A stretch of DNA of 64,000 nucleotides from Salpingoeca rosetta (lineage: Eukaryota > Protista > Choanoflagellata). The translations under genes were made by a program, and so were the position numbers. Position 1 is the first letter of the stretch. Each line of letters begins with the position of its first letter. The stretch covers positions 1,768,246 through 1,832,245 of the forward strand of contig JAWQFM010000001.1 of NCBI GenBank assembly GCA_033442325.1, given 5' to 3'. This document shows, piece after piece, positions 1 through 25,866 of this stretch. The notes beneath the pieces were generated by a model that saw only the letters and a list, made by a program, of their open reading frames with translations, had not been told where the DNA came from and did no database searches.

Positions 1-5
1 CACAG

Positions 6-112
6 GCATGTACTCTGAGGTGACAATGAAGTTTGTGCCCGGTGATGGCTGCACGCACCTCAAGCTCACACACAACAACATCCCCGACAGCGACCTGGAG
101 CGAGCAAAGGTT

Positions 113-203
<91 letters not shown>

Positions 204-378
204 CTCCTTTCACCTGGTGTGCCGTTGTTCTGTCCCAGCTGGCGTTGACCGTACCGTGCTCGCTGACTCACTGTTTTGTCCCCGTTGCGTGCGTACACAG
301 GAGGGCTGGAAGCGCCATCAGTTTGAGCGCATCAAGGGCATGTTTGGCTTCGGCACCTCGCTCGCTGGCCTCATGTGA
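6..378 (+). CDS. AHSA1: Activator of Hsp90 ATPase (Aha1), last two exons (6-109, 301-378); 5' part lies outside the window
   Basis: Spliced product ...YSEVTMKFVPGDGCTHLKLTHNNIPDSDLERAK|EGWKRHQFERIKGMFGFGTSLAGLM* resembles the C-terminal START-like domain of Aha1 (GWxxxxFExIKxxFGxG). GT-AG intron 110-300. Confidence 0.85.
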
Positions 379-864
379 ACACCGCCCCGCGATGATCATG
401 GCATGTGTGTGTGTGTGTATGTGTGTGTGTGTGTGTGCACGGGTGTGCACTGCATACCACGCTGGTATCTGTGTCACTTGTCATTGCTGTCGCCGTTTCG
501 CCTCGTTGTGCTTTGCTTGCTGGCTTGCTTGCTTGTTGTCATGTCACGATACTCGTCGTAGTTGGTTCGGTGTACTGGAAGAATACAACCTCTTTGAGAT
601 GCAGCTAGTGAGCGACTACGAAGCAGGGCAGTAGAAGTGAAAGGAGAGGCTGGAGTACAGGTGGAAAGACGAGGTGGGGAGGGAACAGGCGGGAACAGCG
701 GTGGCGTCTGGCCTGCAGACGAGAGAACGCAAATGTGGAAAGGGAACAGGCGGCAGGGGATGGACACTGCATGTGGCTATGAAGGAACTGATAAGAGGGA
801 CACTGACACGGAGAGGCACGCACGCACAGGTACAACGGAGAGGTCACAGCACACACGCATGAGT

Positions 865-898
<34 letters not shown>

Positions 899-1229
899 CT
901 GTGCACAGATGCACGCATGCAACACACACGCACAGACACATGCACACAGACACATGCACACAGACACACACACACATGCACGCACACACATACACACATG
1001 CACGCACACACATGCACACACACACACACACACGTGTGACCTCGATTGCCAACCCTGACTATGAGCGGCTGCTTTACACCGTCAACGTGGTGAGCGCAGT
1101 GTCTTCAAGACAGTGTGGGTGGGGGGGGGAGGGCAGCACGCCAGATGTGTCAACTCATCGTCGCATGGCGTGCTGCGGTGCTGCTGTGCTGCGGTGCTGC
1201 GGTGCGGGCGTGCTTGTGCTGTGCGGTGC

Positions 1230-1463
1230 TCAGGCGAGGACGGACCGCGGCTCGCAGGGCACGTGTGGCGGGCACAGGTGGCACGCGCCCGAGTAGCAGA
1301 GCAGGGCCAGGATGACGACGAAGATGGTCAGGCAGCGGTAGCACACATTCTCAATGTACACGAGGTAGGCAATGAGCAAGAGGATGAGCTCTTTAGGAAT
1401 GAGGCCGCCGGCTTGCGGGGACGCCACCAGCCATGCAGGCAGCATCAACACCAAGCACATCAT
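1230..1463 (-). CDS. BLCAP: BC10/bladder cancer-associated protein family small membrane protein (77 aa, single coding exon)
   Basis: MMCLVLMLPAWLVASP...YIENVCYRCLTIFVVILALLCYSG parallels BLCAP MYCLQWLLPVLLIPKP...[23 protein letters not shown] (MxCL start, CxxC, two hydrophobic helices, CYS). Start context gcaaccATG. Confidence 0.7.
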   Translation of the reverse strand: MMCLVLMLPAWLVASPQAGGLIPKELILLLIAYLVYIENVCYRCLTIFVVILALLCYSGACHLCPPHVPCEPRSVLA

Positions 1464-1876
1464 GGTTGCAGATTGCCTTGTTTGTTGCTGTTGTCTCTTT
1501 TGTGTGTGGTTTTGGTGCGGAAGTGAGACGTGGTTTGGTGCGTGTTGACGTTGTGGTGTTGGGATGTGATTGATGTGATGCGACTCTTGGCGTGTTGGTG
1601 CTCCATTTCATGTCACGTTGACGACAGGTGTTGTCGTGATGAGAGTGGACTTGGGGAAGCGTGGACCGAAACAAGCCATTTGTGTGTCATACAAACAGCA
1701 ACAGCCTTGACAGGACAAGACAGCGACAGCGACAGCGACAGGACGACACACAAAGCAGGTCGGTTGATGGGTGAACAGGTGCTGGTGCAGGTGAACAAGG
1801 GAGGGGTGTTGAACGCAGCAAGGGTACGGGCAAGAAGCCGCGGTCCTGGCTCGCCGGCCATCTTGCTTGGTTTGGT

Positions 1877-2648
1877 TTAGTCGAGGCGAATGCCGCCAAA
1901 CTGGCCCGTGATGGCGACGACCATGTTGGTCACCGCCTGCAGCTGGGGACCGGCCTTGACGGTGTATTTGAGGTCCGTGTAGCCCCACCTGCGCACCCAT
2001 CACACGCGGAAGGGGGGGGAAGAACACGTCGCAATCGGGTGTGTTTGTTGATCAGCGCAATGAGGAAGGCAGGGAAGGCATGTGCAAAACCGACGAGAAG
2101 CGAAGAGGACATGTGCAACATGGAACAACATGGAACGTAATGCTGTGCCGCAAACGTGTGCGCAAAACAGCGAGAGGGGGGAGAGAGGAGGCATGCATGC
2201 GATCAATCAAGCAAGCAACCAAGCAAGCAACCAAGCAGGTCAGGGGCAGACATGCGTGCAACCAAAGAACGCCTTTCAGATACAAAACGAAACAGGCGTC
2301 CTCAAGTGCACAAGACGGAGGCAACGCACCAGTCAAAGCAGCCTTGTGGATTCTCCGGCATCATCATGGACTTCTTCACCTAGTGCATGAAGAGCAAGCA
2401 AGGGACAACAATTGAAAAGCGGATGGAGCGACGAACGCATTAGTTTGCCATGAGCGCACCCTCAAGATGAAGCAATGGTGTGGCAGCAGGTGGCACTTGT
2501 TGAGATCACACGCACAGAAGCGCATACATATTCAGACAGAGACGGTCGCAGACGCAAAGAAGCACAACACGCAGTAGTGACAGAGGCAGAGGTAGAGATG
2601 CACAACGAGACTTGCACACAGACGTGCACATGCACACGCACACATGCA

Positions 2649-2679
<31 letters not shown>

Positions 2680-3799
2680 TACCTGTGGGTAGAGGATGAC
2701 GAGGTTGTTGGTTTCGGCGTACTCGTTGAGACCGTTGTGGACGACAAACTCCTCGCCAATGGTGCCAATGTCCTGGTTGCAGCCATGGAAGGTGACAACG
2801 AGACGGCACTTGGTGCCGCTGGAGCACTGGCGCGGAATGTACGCAAACCCGGCCTCGCCAAAGCTGATGTGGCCGGGGCTACCGGTCTTGACATACTGGG
2901 ACTGCTCGAAGCGCAGCATGTTGCCGGGAACAAAGGTGCCTGCGGGCTTGATGTTGCCGTCGTAGATGTGGTTGAGGAAGTCGCCCACGGCGTCGAAGCT
3001 GCAGTTGTTGATGTACGGGTCGCCCAGGAAGTCGCACGAGTGGCCATACGTGGTGGTGATCCAGGCGTGCTCCGCAGGGTAGCTGTCGATGTACTTGATG
3101 TTGCTGGTGTTGTTCACGAAGCGCTCGTAGAACTCCTTTGTCTTCTCAACAACGCCGGACTTGACAACCGTGTCGCGCTTGCCCGTCCAGATCCAGACCT
3201 TGTCCCCGCTCATGTTGGAGGTGTCGTCGATGGCGTTGAGTGTTGCCGCGGTCTTTGCGGCCTGGACCAGCTTGTCCACCTGGATCAGCATGGGCTCCTT
3301 CATGCAGTTCATCAGGGCGGCTTCCATGTTGGCGTGGGCGCAGTCGTACGGTGGGCCGGCAAAGATGGCCGCCCCCACAAGGTTCGAGCTGTGCGCAACA
3401 TGGAACTGGGATGCAAACGCTCCACCAGCACTGATGCCTGGCCAGTGAAAAAAAGAAAAAAGAAAAAAAAAAAGCAGGTGGGCGGTGGATGTGAACGCGC
3501 GCGTAGATGTGAACGCGCGCGTGAATGAGAACGCGCGCGTGAATGAGAACGCGCGAAGATGTGAGCACACGCACGAGCACACGAGCACACGCACGAGCAC
3601 AAACACAAGCGCGCACAAAGCACACACACAAAGCACACACGAAGCGTACACAAGCAGGACGCTGCACTTTTTCGCTTTGTGGCTCACCAGCAACAGAGAT
3701 GGCGTCAATGTCGATGTTCAGGCGAGGGAGAGGATCGGCAAGAGCTGCAGTGCTGCCCACTGCCAGCACACACGCAATCGCAAACCACTGGCCACTCAT
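1877..3799 (-). CDS. Secreted poly(3-hydroxybutyrate) depolymerase-like alpha/beta hydrolase, 4 exons (about 3799-3688, 3439-2683, 2379-2329, 1989-1877)
   Basis: Signal peptide MSGQWFAIACVLAVGSTAALA; LPRLNIDIDAISVAGISAGGAFASQFHVAHS (GxSxG nucleophile); GPPYDCA; DTVV (Asp); AEHAW (His); FHGCNQ oxyanion region; NNLVILYPQ; NPQGCFDWWGY. This is the motif order of fungal-type extracellular PHB depolymerases. Confidence 0.85.
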
Positions 3800-4009
3800 A
3801 TTGGGTATCGGCGCAACAGCAAACAACAAACAACAGGCAGGACAGCTTCGAGCTTGGAAAATTAATGGACATCGTTTATGGAAAATCGATGGCGGGGAAT
3901 GCACACAGCGAGGTGGCGGAGACGAGCGGAAGAATTGAGGCAACACACGACAACACACGACAACACACACACACACGCATACACACACATACACATACAC
4001 ACACATTGT

Positions 4010-5376
4010 CTAGCTGAGCAAGTAACGAATCAGGATGGCGCACACAGCGGCAACGGCAGCCCACGTGAGACCGCGCATCAGGTGGCCTTTTCGCCACTCT
4101 TCCAGCGCTGCCTCGTCCATTTCCTCGCCGTCATCCTCGTCCTCATCATCGCCGTTCCCAGGTTTGCTCGGATCAAGCGCAGAACCCATCATACGCTTGT
4201 ACATTCTGCTCACAATTGCGCACGCGCGTGTGTGTGTGTATGTGTGTGTGTGTGTGTATGTGTGTGTAGGGGGGGGGTTAGGGGGGACAATACAGAGCCA
4301 TCCGCATGAGCTAGGATCAAAGACGTTGTACGCATGCGCATGCGAGTCACACAACGACAATGGTCATCAGCGTGTGCATCATCGTACTCGGCTTGCTGTT
4401 CCCTGTCCCGCTGCTGCTCCATGCGTGCACGGTGCAGGAGTGGCGCAAACAACTGCATGCATTGCATGCACGTGGAGAACGGGAGAACAAAACATGTCAG
4501 CGCACGTCGACACACTCCAACACCACACACACACATGCACACACATGCACACACATGCACATTCTCTTCTAAACACACATACACGTGTGCACCTTCTTGT
4601 TCTGTGGCAATCCTTGTTCTGCGACCTCTCTCGCAGCATCAAACTGCTTCAATCCAAGCAGTGCCTGTGCAGAAACACTAAAATCAGCACAGTGGATGCA
4701 CAACACCAGGGCTGCATGCAAACCACACACACACACACATGCTCATGAACATGTGCGTGCACATGCAGAAAACACGGCAACGGCACGGCACCTGTGCCTT
4801 GCGGAAGAGGGCCTTGGCGTTGTCCTTGTCCACGCTCAGCACAAGGTCACACTTGTCGCGCGCCAACGCGTGTTTGTTGAGCTGAAAGCAATGCACATGC
4901 CAACAACGCAGCAAACAAGAATGACCATGTGAATAGAAACAAGCACAGCTGTTTGCTGAAGCAAGCAGCGACACCAACATGCATGCACACGCAGTCACAC
5001 GCATGCACACGCAGTCACATGCATGCACACGCAGTCACACGCATGCACACGCAGTCACACGCATGCACACGCAGTCACACGCATGCACGCCCACCTTGAC
5101 AAAGATGAGGGCGATGTTGTTCCAGAACGGAACGCACGTGTTTCGGAGTTCCTCCTCCTCTGGCATGGCCTGTAGCCCCGCCATCATCAAAAACGTCATT
5201 TGCAAATGGGAAAAAGGCGCAACAACAGAGGAAGCACGGGAGACCGACAGGGCCAGATCACCAGACTGGCTGACAAACGGACCGACTAAATCACAGACTG
5301 ACAGACTGACAATTAATTGACAAACGAACAGAAACGCAGCGCACGGACGCTTTCCTCAACAGAGGACACCCCACGC

Positions 5377-5445
<69 letters not shown>

Positions 5446-5446
5446 G

Positions 5447-5527
<81 letters not shown>

Positions 5528-6952
5528 CGAATAGACAGTCCATGAGGTCGCTTGTACCGTTGATAACACGCGAGCGCCGAGTGCAGGTCTCCTTGCTCAA
5601 ACTTGGCTCTTCCTTGAGTGCGTTTCTTTGTGCTGTGTCCAGCAAACAAAGCAGAGTGGTGACACGGCGGGTGTCTGTGAGCTGCAAAGTGGGACGTGCG
5701 TACGCGCGTGTTTCCAGCTGCGCATCCATGCACACAGCCCACTCACCCACTCACTCACTCACTCACTCACTCACTCACTCACTCACTCACTCACTCACTC
5801 ACTCACTCACTTACTCACTCACTCACTCACTCACTCACTCACTCACTCACTCACTCACTCACAATGGTGACCAACTCACGCAAACTCGATGCGCTGCTCA
5901 GTGGTCATGAGATCATCTGGGGTTGTCTCCTCGAAGGAATGCAGTTGGATATCAAACACAATCTCCGGCTCATCGCCCAAGTCTTCCTTGTCAAAGCTGT
6001 GGGCAAGAGCAAGTACAGGGTCCGACCATATTCTCTGAGACGTGTAATCACATCAGGGCAAGAAAGGACAAGATAGGAAATGGCAGCACACATTCGCAAG
6101 CAGACACATATGCGCGAAGCTCACATGCCTGCACACACAATCACCACACACCCTCTCACTACATTGTCGTCACCTGACAAAGCGTTTCTCCGTCTTGATG
6201 AGTGCATGCTCGCCCTTGACCATCAATGGCACTGCAATGTCCCAGGCTGTCAACAGGGGCAGGTGCGATTTCAGGGAGCACATGCGACAACAAGCACAGG
6301 GCAACTTCGTGAGACAAAACCGGGCTGTGCCAGCTCCACATGTGTGCGCGTGTAAGTGTAAGTGTGCGTGTGCGCATATGTCAGTGTGAAAGTCAGTGTT
6401 GTACGTGCGGGCGTGCGTACACCTGTGTGTCGTTCTCCTTCGCCAATCTGGAACTGCGTGCGCTCCTCTTCCATGAGGTTCTTGTCATTCACGGTACAAG
6501 ACACCGTGATATCCGCAATGCATCCGCGCATGGGCCGCACCCCATCGGCATCGCCGGCAGCCAACACCTGTGCACGTACACGTGTGTGTGTGTGTGCATG
6601 TGAGCATGTGAGCATGTGAGCATGAAATTGTGCATGTGCGCGTGTGTGCAGGTACACATCTGGCGTGGTGTTGTTCGAATGCAAACCATACAAGAGCCTC
6701 ATAAGCACAACAAAGACACTGTCTTGGGCAAACACCTCCTTCTACACATGCGCGCACACACACGCACACACACGCACACACGCACACGCACACGCACACG
6801 CACACACGCACACGCAAACGGTGTATGATACAGCACCCTACCTTCTTCAGCAGGGCGCCTGTGCCCAGGATGTCCTCCCATTCTCCGTCATCGCCGCCAC
6901 TACCATCGCCCACCTCAGCCACATCAACCACCTTGTCTTGATCGCTCGTCAT
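4010..6952 (-). CDS. FKBP8: FKBP-type domain + TPR + C-terminal transmembrane anchor protein (FKBP8/FKBP38-like), multi-exon
   Basis: [19 protein letters not shown]...RPMRG...TQFQIGEGD (FKBP8-type N-terminus); TPR motifs [41 protein letters not shown]; MYKRMMG; C-terminal hydrophobic tail [19 protein letters not shown]. Confidence 0.8.
4978..5090. repeat. 18-bp intronic minisatellite (CACGCATGCACACGCAGT)n, about 6 copies
   Basis: Visible tandem repeat in an FKBP8 intron. Confidence 0.9.
5748..5862. repeat. (TCAC)n tetranucleotide microsatellite
   Basis: Visible in an FKBP8 intron. Confidence 0.95.
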
Positions 6953-7040
6953 CTTTGTTGCTTCCTTGCCGAAAGTTGTTGGAAATGCCAGCGCAATTTC
7001 TACAATCGAGGTGAAACAACAACAGCCACAACAACGGGCA

Positions 7041-19718
<12,678 letters not shown>

Positions 19719-20572
19719 CATGTGAGGCGAGGTGCGGGTTCCGTTCATGTCCGGTTTTGTGTTGAAGATTTCGAAAATGGCGGGGAGAGCGTGCTTGGGC
19801 CCGTTGCATATAGCTGGGCTACGTGCTGTGGAACAATCGCAATGTCGCCCATAGCTTTTCGTCGGCCGTTACGGCACCGCCGCCAGTTTTTCAAACAAAA
19901 ATAAAAAATTTTACTGGCGAAAAACAGACGCCCCAACGCTTGTTTCCGCACACACTTCTCACCTCGCACTGGCAGTTGCGGGGGAAAGGCAGGCACAACG
20001 ACCAGCACAAGCACAAGACAGCCAGCCAACTCTAGCAGCACCACACACACTCATACACACACACACACACATACACATACACACGCGACTTGCTCTTGCT
20101 TCTTCATATCATCTCGAGGAGGGAGCACCAAGGCAAACCACCCAAGCGTGTGTGCGTGCGCGTGTGTGCGGTCGAGCGTCCGACGCCGTGTGCGTGTGAG
20201 TGCGAGCTTGTACGTTTTCAGCTAACGGAGGGGAGCAGTCGACTCAAGAAACAAGAGCACAAACGCACAAGCTAGCGCAAGCAAGCAAGCACCGACCGAC
20301 GACCGAGGCCGACTTTCCATCGCACCAACAAGACTCAACCGCAACGACATCAGGTCTCTCCTTGGCGTGAGGCAACCAAGCTTCAAGAAGAACATCAACC
20401 ACCTGCTGCTGCAGAAGATCGTCGCTCCCCAGCGTCTCTGGACCAAGCAACTACCATTTGTTGCCGCATCAACTCAAACTCGAGGTATGTGTCGTCCCTA
20501 TGAACATTTGCGTTTGCCCACCATTTATGAGCACAGGCATCAACCTTTCTGTACACGACGACGACGATGATG

Positions 20573-20604
<32 letters not shown>

Positions 20605-20901
20605 GCCTGCTATTCGTGACCTGCTTCATGCATCCATAGATTGCACCGTGCCCCATCACCGTGTATTGTGACCGTTCATGTCGTGGTGTGGCCTTCTTTT
20701 TCTTTTTCCCCCCTTCGACACCGCCGTTCGCCTGCACTGCAACTCCCTCAATCACACACACGAACCCCGCTCACCCGCATGCAGCCATACTCACGCCTTC
20801 TCTCCCCCTCTACCCTTCTCCTCTGCTCGTCCGATATGCGATGCAGGTGACTTTGTTGCATTACTACTCCCTGAAGCGCCACACCAACCACAAAGCCAAC
20901 C

Positions 20902-23897
20902 ATGAACCCACACCAGCCGGCCGACCTGGCAACCTCGGAGCCTGCCCCCACGCGTCAGCCTGGCGGCTCCAAGCGCCTGCACGATGAAAGAGCAGATGGA
21001 CAAAAACTCAAGCGAAGCGCCTTGCAGGACATGACCAACAGCACCACATCAGGACAGGTGCGGCACTTGACTTGGTCTGCACGTGCATGCGGTATTTTGC
21101 TTTCTGGCTATCGTATCTGTTGAACTGTACGCTTCCACTGTGTCGAGAGATCCGTGATCAGGTGTATGCGCGAGCATGCCCCACCATGAGGTCCCTCACC
21201 CGTCTTTTTTTTTTTTTTGTTTGTTTGTTTTTGAGTTCACACGCTCCGTACTACTGCCTTTCTTGCCTTTTGCTGTGATGGCTTGCCTCCGCTCAACCTC
21301 TTTGCTCACATACACATACACATGCACACACACATACACATACGCGCATGCACATACACATGCGAACCATGATATCCATTGCGTCATTGCAGACGGCATC
21401 GCGAATGGCAGGCGCAACCTTCACACGAAGGACCCACATCCAGCCAGACACGACGGGTCTGCCCGAGCTTGCCGCCCGCCGCGAACGGGAGGAGAGGCAA
21501 CAGTCGCGTCCAGCCACAACTGCGGCCACTGCCATGCCAGACCTGCGCGTGCAGCAAGACGATCAGACCCTGCCGCCTCGCCAGCCCACCCAGCACATGA
21601 CCAGGCACCCCGTTGCTTTCGCTCGACAGGACGTGCGGCCAACGCCTGCGCTCACCCACTTCCACCCTCCCTCTCAGACGACGACGACAACGACGACAGC
21701 ACTTCCTGCGGCAACGCGTCTGAGCAGAGGTTCCTCGGCCGCTTTCACTCAAGCACGCCAGCACCAGCAGCAACAGCCTCTTCCACAGGGTCCTGCGTAT
21801 GATCGAGCTTACTCGCACCCTTCTGTTGCGACCGCGTCCACCTGCGCCCCCGCCACAACAGCTGTGGTCCCTCCAGTCTCGATGCCAGTGCCCGTCTCAC
21901 GCACAACTTCGTCCTCATCCACTTCTTCCTCTTCCTCGTCGACCACACTTGCTTCCACCTCTGCATCACTTAGTGCTGCCCCCTCCACGACTGCCGTTAT
22001 GCCCAACCATCAGCACCACACAAGTACAAGCGTTGCTTCGGTCGTGCCACAGCAGCAGGGACTGACTCCACTCCCGGCCCTGCTTGGCAGTGCAGATTTT
22101 GTTGACATTGATCGCCCGTACGCGCATGACGAGGGCCGTGTTACCGAATATGTCGAGAAAGTTATGACTTACCTGCGTCATCTGGAGGTGCGTTGTTGGC
22201 TGCACATGCACATGTGCCAAAAAAAAAAAACAGGGGGGGGGTTCAGTCTGAAGCGGTTGTGTTGCGTTTCATTGATTTGTTGTTTATCTTCTTAGCTGGT
22301 GTTTCATCTTTGCTTGAGCTGTCTTGCGTATGCGCGCTGCGTGTGGGTGCTGTTGTGCTCACTTCGGTGTTTCGTATTTCTGCTGGTGACCTCACTCTGC
22401 GTGCTGGCGTCGTGCTAACAATGACTCGTGTTGCTGCAAACCCCATTTTTTCTTCTCATTGTGCGCTTGTGTGCATGTCTGTGTGTGAGCAGAAGAAGTT
22501 CCGTCCTCATGCAGGCTACATGGGGCGCCAACGCGACATCAACCACAACATGCGGTCCATCCTGGTTGACTGGCTGGTGGAGGTGACAGAGGAGTACCGC
22601 CTGCAGCTGCAGACGCTCTACATTGCCGTTGGCTACATTGATCGCTTCCTCTCGAACATGGCGGTGCAGCGCAGCAAGCTGCAGCTTGTTGGCGTCACGT
22701 GCATGCTTCTTGCGGCAAAGTACGAGGAGATTTACCCTCCCAGCGTCAACGAGTTTGTGTACATCACAGACAACACGTACCGTCGGGAGCAGGTGCTGAA
22801 GATGGAGCATGTTGTGCTCAAGGTGCTCCGCTTCGACATGGGCGCCTGCACCGCCCTTACGTTTCTTGTGCGCTTCATCCACGCCGCGTCCGCCACCCCT
22901 CCCTCCCACTGTCTCGCCCTGGTATGAGATGCACGACCTGCAAAATGCTTGCTGGCGTATCATGTGTGTGTGTATGTGTGTGCGTGCATGCGTGCGCGTG
23001 TGTGTATTACGCTTGTGTGTGTGTGTGTTGTTGTATGCGTGTGTGTGCAAGTACATGTGTGCTTGCGCGTGGCTGCCTTTCCGTGAAAATGCTTGCATTT
23101 GATGGCTCATTGTCGTTTGCTGTCGTTGTATTCACGTGCACTTCTGCCCGCCAACAACACCCAACTAGTATTTGGCTGAGCTGAGCCTCCTCCTTGGCAA
23201 CAAGTTTATTCAGTACCTGCCGTCGGTGAAGGCAGCCGCCGCCATTTGCCTCAGCCAGCATACGTTCGCCCGCCCCGTTTGGGTGAGTAATGCTGTGCTT
23301 GACGCGTGCGATGCTGAGTGTGTGCCGGAAGCGTGTGCTTGTTGTTGATGTGCTCTGTCGCTTCGTGTACCTCACGCGTGCTGCGGGTTGCTGTGCATAT
23401 ATTGGCTCGGGCACTCACTTGCTTGGTGCTTGCGCTCTGGGTTGGTGCGTGTGCAGACCCCGACCTTTGAGCGCTATTGCCGCCTGTCGCCCGAGGAGGT
23501 GCAGCCATGCCTGAACGATATGTTTGAGGCAATGACGTCTGCTCCTCACCTTGAGTACCAGGCTATTCGTGAAAAGTACATGGAGCGCCGCTTCCACTCG
23601 GTTGCCGGCATTGCGGTGAGTCAACCCACTCGTATGCTTGGCACCTCGGTCCGCCTGCCCCTGTGTCTTGTCTGTGGTTGGCCCGCACACGCAATCTGTT
23701 TGGTCTCGAACCATTCCTGTCCCCTTGCTTTGCCTTTTTCTTGGCATGTTGTGGTTGGCTTTGTGTGTGGAGGTTGCCATTCCGTGTCGATTGCGCTCAC
23801 ATCACAGCACGCTTTCGTTGATTTTTCTTGCAACGTGTGGCAGGCCCCGACTTCCTGCCCTCGCCTCGTGGATCTGCGAGGTGGCAGCCAGGTGTGA
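20902..23897 (+). CDS. CCNA: Cyclin A, 6 coding exons
   Basis: D-box RSALQDMTN in exon 1; cyclin box [35 protein letters not shown]...[22 protein letters not shown]...FVYITDNTY; C-terminal QAIREKY. Probable ATG-free 5'UTR exon at about 20222-20483. Confidence 0.95.
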
Positions 23898-25079
23898 GCA
23901 CGCTGTTGCCTGGTGCCTCGGGGTGCCGGACAAGTTCGCTTTTTTGAATATTTTCGCGCTGATCGACCTCCCTTGTTGAAGTGTTCGCATCGGTGGACTA
24001 ATGCCCTGGTATGGATCACCGAGGTGGCTCTTCAACTGCTTTGTCGTCTGCTTCCTCCCTTGCTTTGTTGGTTCTTTGCCTTCATGGTTAAACGCCTCCT
24101 CCCTCTTCTCTCTTTCCTTCCTCCCCCCCCCCCTCCGTTCCTTGGTTGTACGCCGTTGCCACCCTTTTGCAGTGGTGGGATGGTGATGGGCCTTGGGTCT
24201 CATGATGTCACACACATACATGAGTGGCATTCCCTGGCCCTTCAGGCCTTCTTTATTTTGTTGCCCCTCTTTTTCCTTTTCCTTTTCCTTTCCCTCTCCC
24301 TTTTCCCTTTTCCTTTCTTTCTTTGTGCCTTTCCCCTCCTCGCATGCATGTTCCTCTTGTGGCTCTTCGCTACGGGCTTGTATTTCTGTGCTTCGTTTAA
24401 TGGGCGTGTAGTATGTGGCTGTGTATTGTGTGCTGGATGGTTAGCTGTGTCGGGGATGTGTCACGTTTGCGTTGGTTATCCCTGACACCGATTGGTTGAT
24501 TACTCGTCTCTCCTTCGCCCGTTGGGTTGCTTGTTCATGTTTCTTACTCGTGTCGCTGCTTATCATCGTTCCTGCTGTTGCGCCTCTTTGTACTGCTTGG
24601 TTGATAACACAAATAAACATCTCTCCTCTTGTTTCAAGCTGACGATATCCGCGGTGTGGTCTCGGAGAACAGTGGGGTATTCATCATCTTCTTACTCCCC
24701 TGCGAAGACGTGCATGCTCTCCTTTTTACGCTTCATGTTCACGCATCGCTGTGCGCGGTCATGTCCATTTCACCGTCTACCCTGTCCCGTATGGAGGGGG
24801 GGGGGGGTGACGTGCAACCCGGCGAGCTACGTGCCGGGGTAAAGTAGAGTGCGAGCGTGGAACAGCTGCGAATGCTGTTCAAGACTGCATACTGTGCAGC
24901 GTGCCCCGGCCAGAGGGTGTCGTCTTGCGCGCGCTTATGTGGCGTGAATCAACCGTCACCGACGGTTGCTCTGTTGTCCTTACCTTCCTTCCTGTTATAG
25001 TGTTATCCTCTTCCCTTTTCTGCCCTTGCAGACGACGTTTGCTGTTCACTCTTCACCCCGATGACAGGACTTATTGTTT

Positions 25080-25140
<61 letters not shown>

Positions 25141-25644
25141 GTGTGTCCGTGTTTGTGGTTTTATCACGCGCCGTCTCGACATTGCATGAGAGTGACGTCA
25201 CGCGCACACAATGCTGGCAACGACTGCACCGCATAACTGCTTAATGAAATGTCCGGTCTTGTTGTTGTTGTTGTTGCGTGGCGTCGTTGCACGCTGCGGT
25301 TTGGCGCCCCCCCGTTGTACCAAGGGATGGCGGGAATTGTCTACGCTGCATGCGTGCATGCACGCTTGTGCCGCTCTGTGCGGGTATTCGCTTCAGCCGC
25401 CGGCTTCTGGAAGCGATTGATTGTTTGCACGCGTCGTCGTGTGTGCTTCATTTCTCGCTCGAAGGTGTGCTGCATGTAGTTCACCCTGCCACGCGCCCCA
25501 TCTATCTTGTTTGGTGGGCAGCGGTGCTGTCTTGCAGCCCTGCATCAGCGTATGTCTGTCTGTGCACGTGTGCCATCCTTGCGTATTTGCTCTTCGGCTC
25601 ATGGCCCAATCCACTTGCACGGCGACATGCGCACGCACACACGT

Positions 25645-25786
<142 letters not shown>

Positions 25787-25866
25787 TACGAACGGACCCC
25801 CACTGTCTTCTTGAGCAGGATCACGTGCCTACTTGCCCACGTGCCAACTTGTAGCAGCATCGCGCC

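Noticed and set aside
1877-3799. Bacterial contamination as the source of the PHB depolymerase
   Set aside because: The gene has GT-AG introns with the same microsatellite style as its neighbours.
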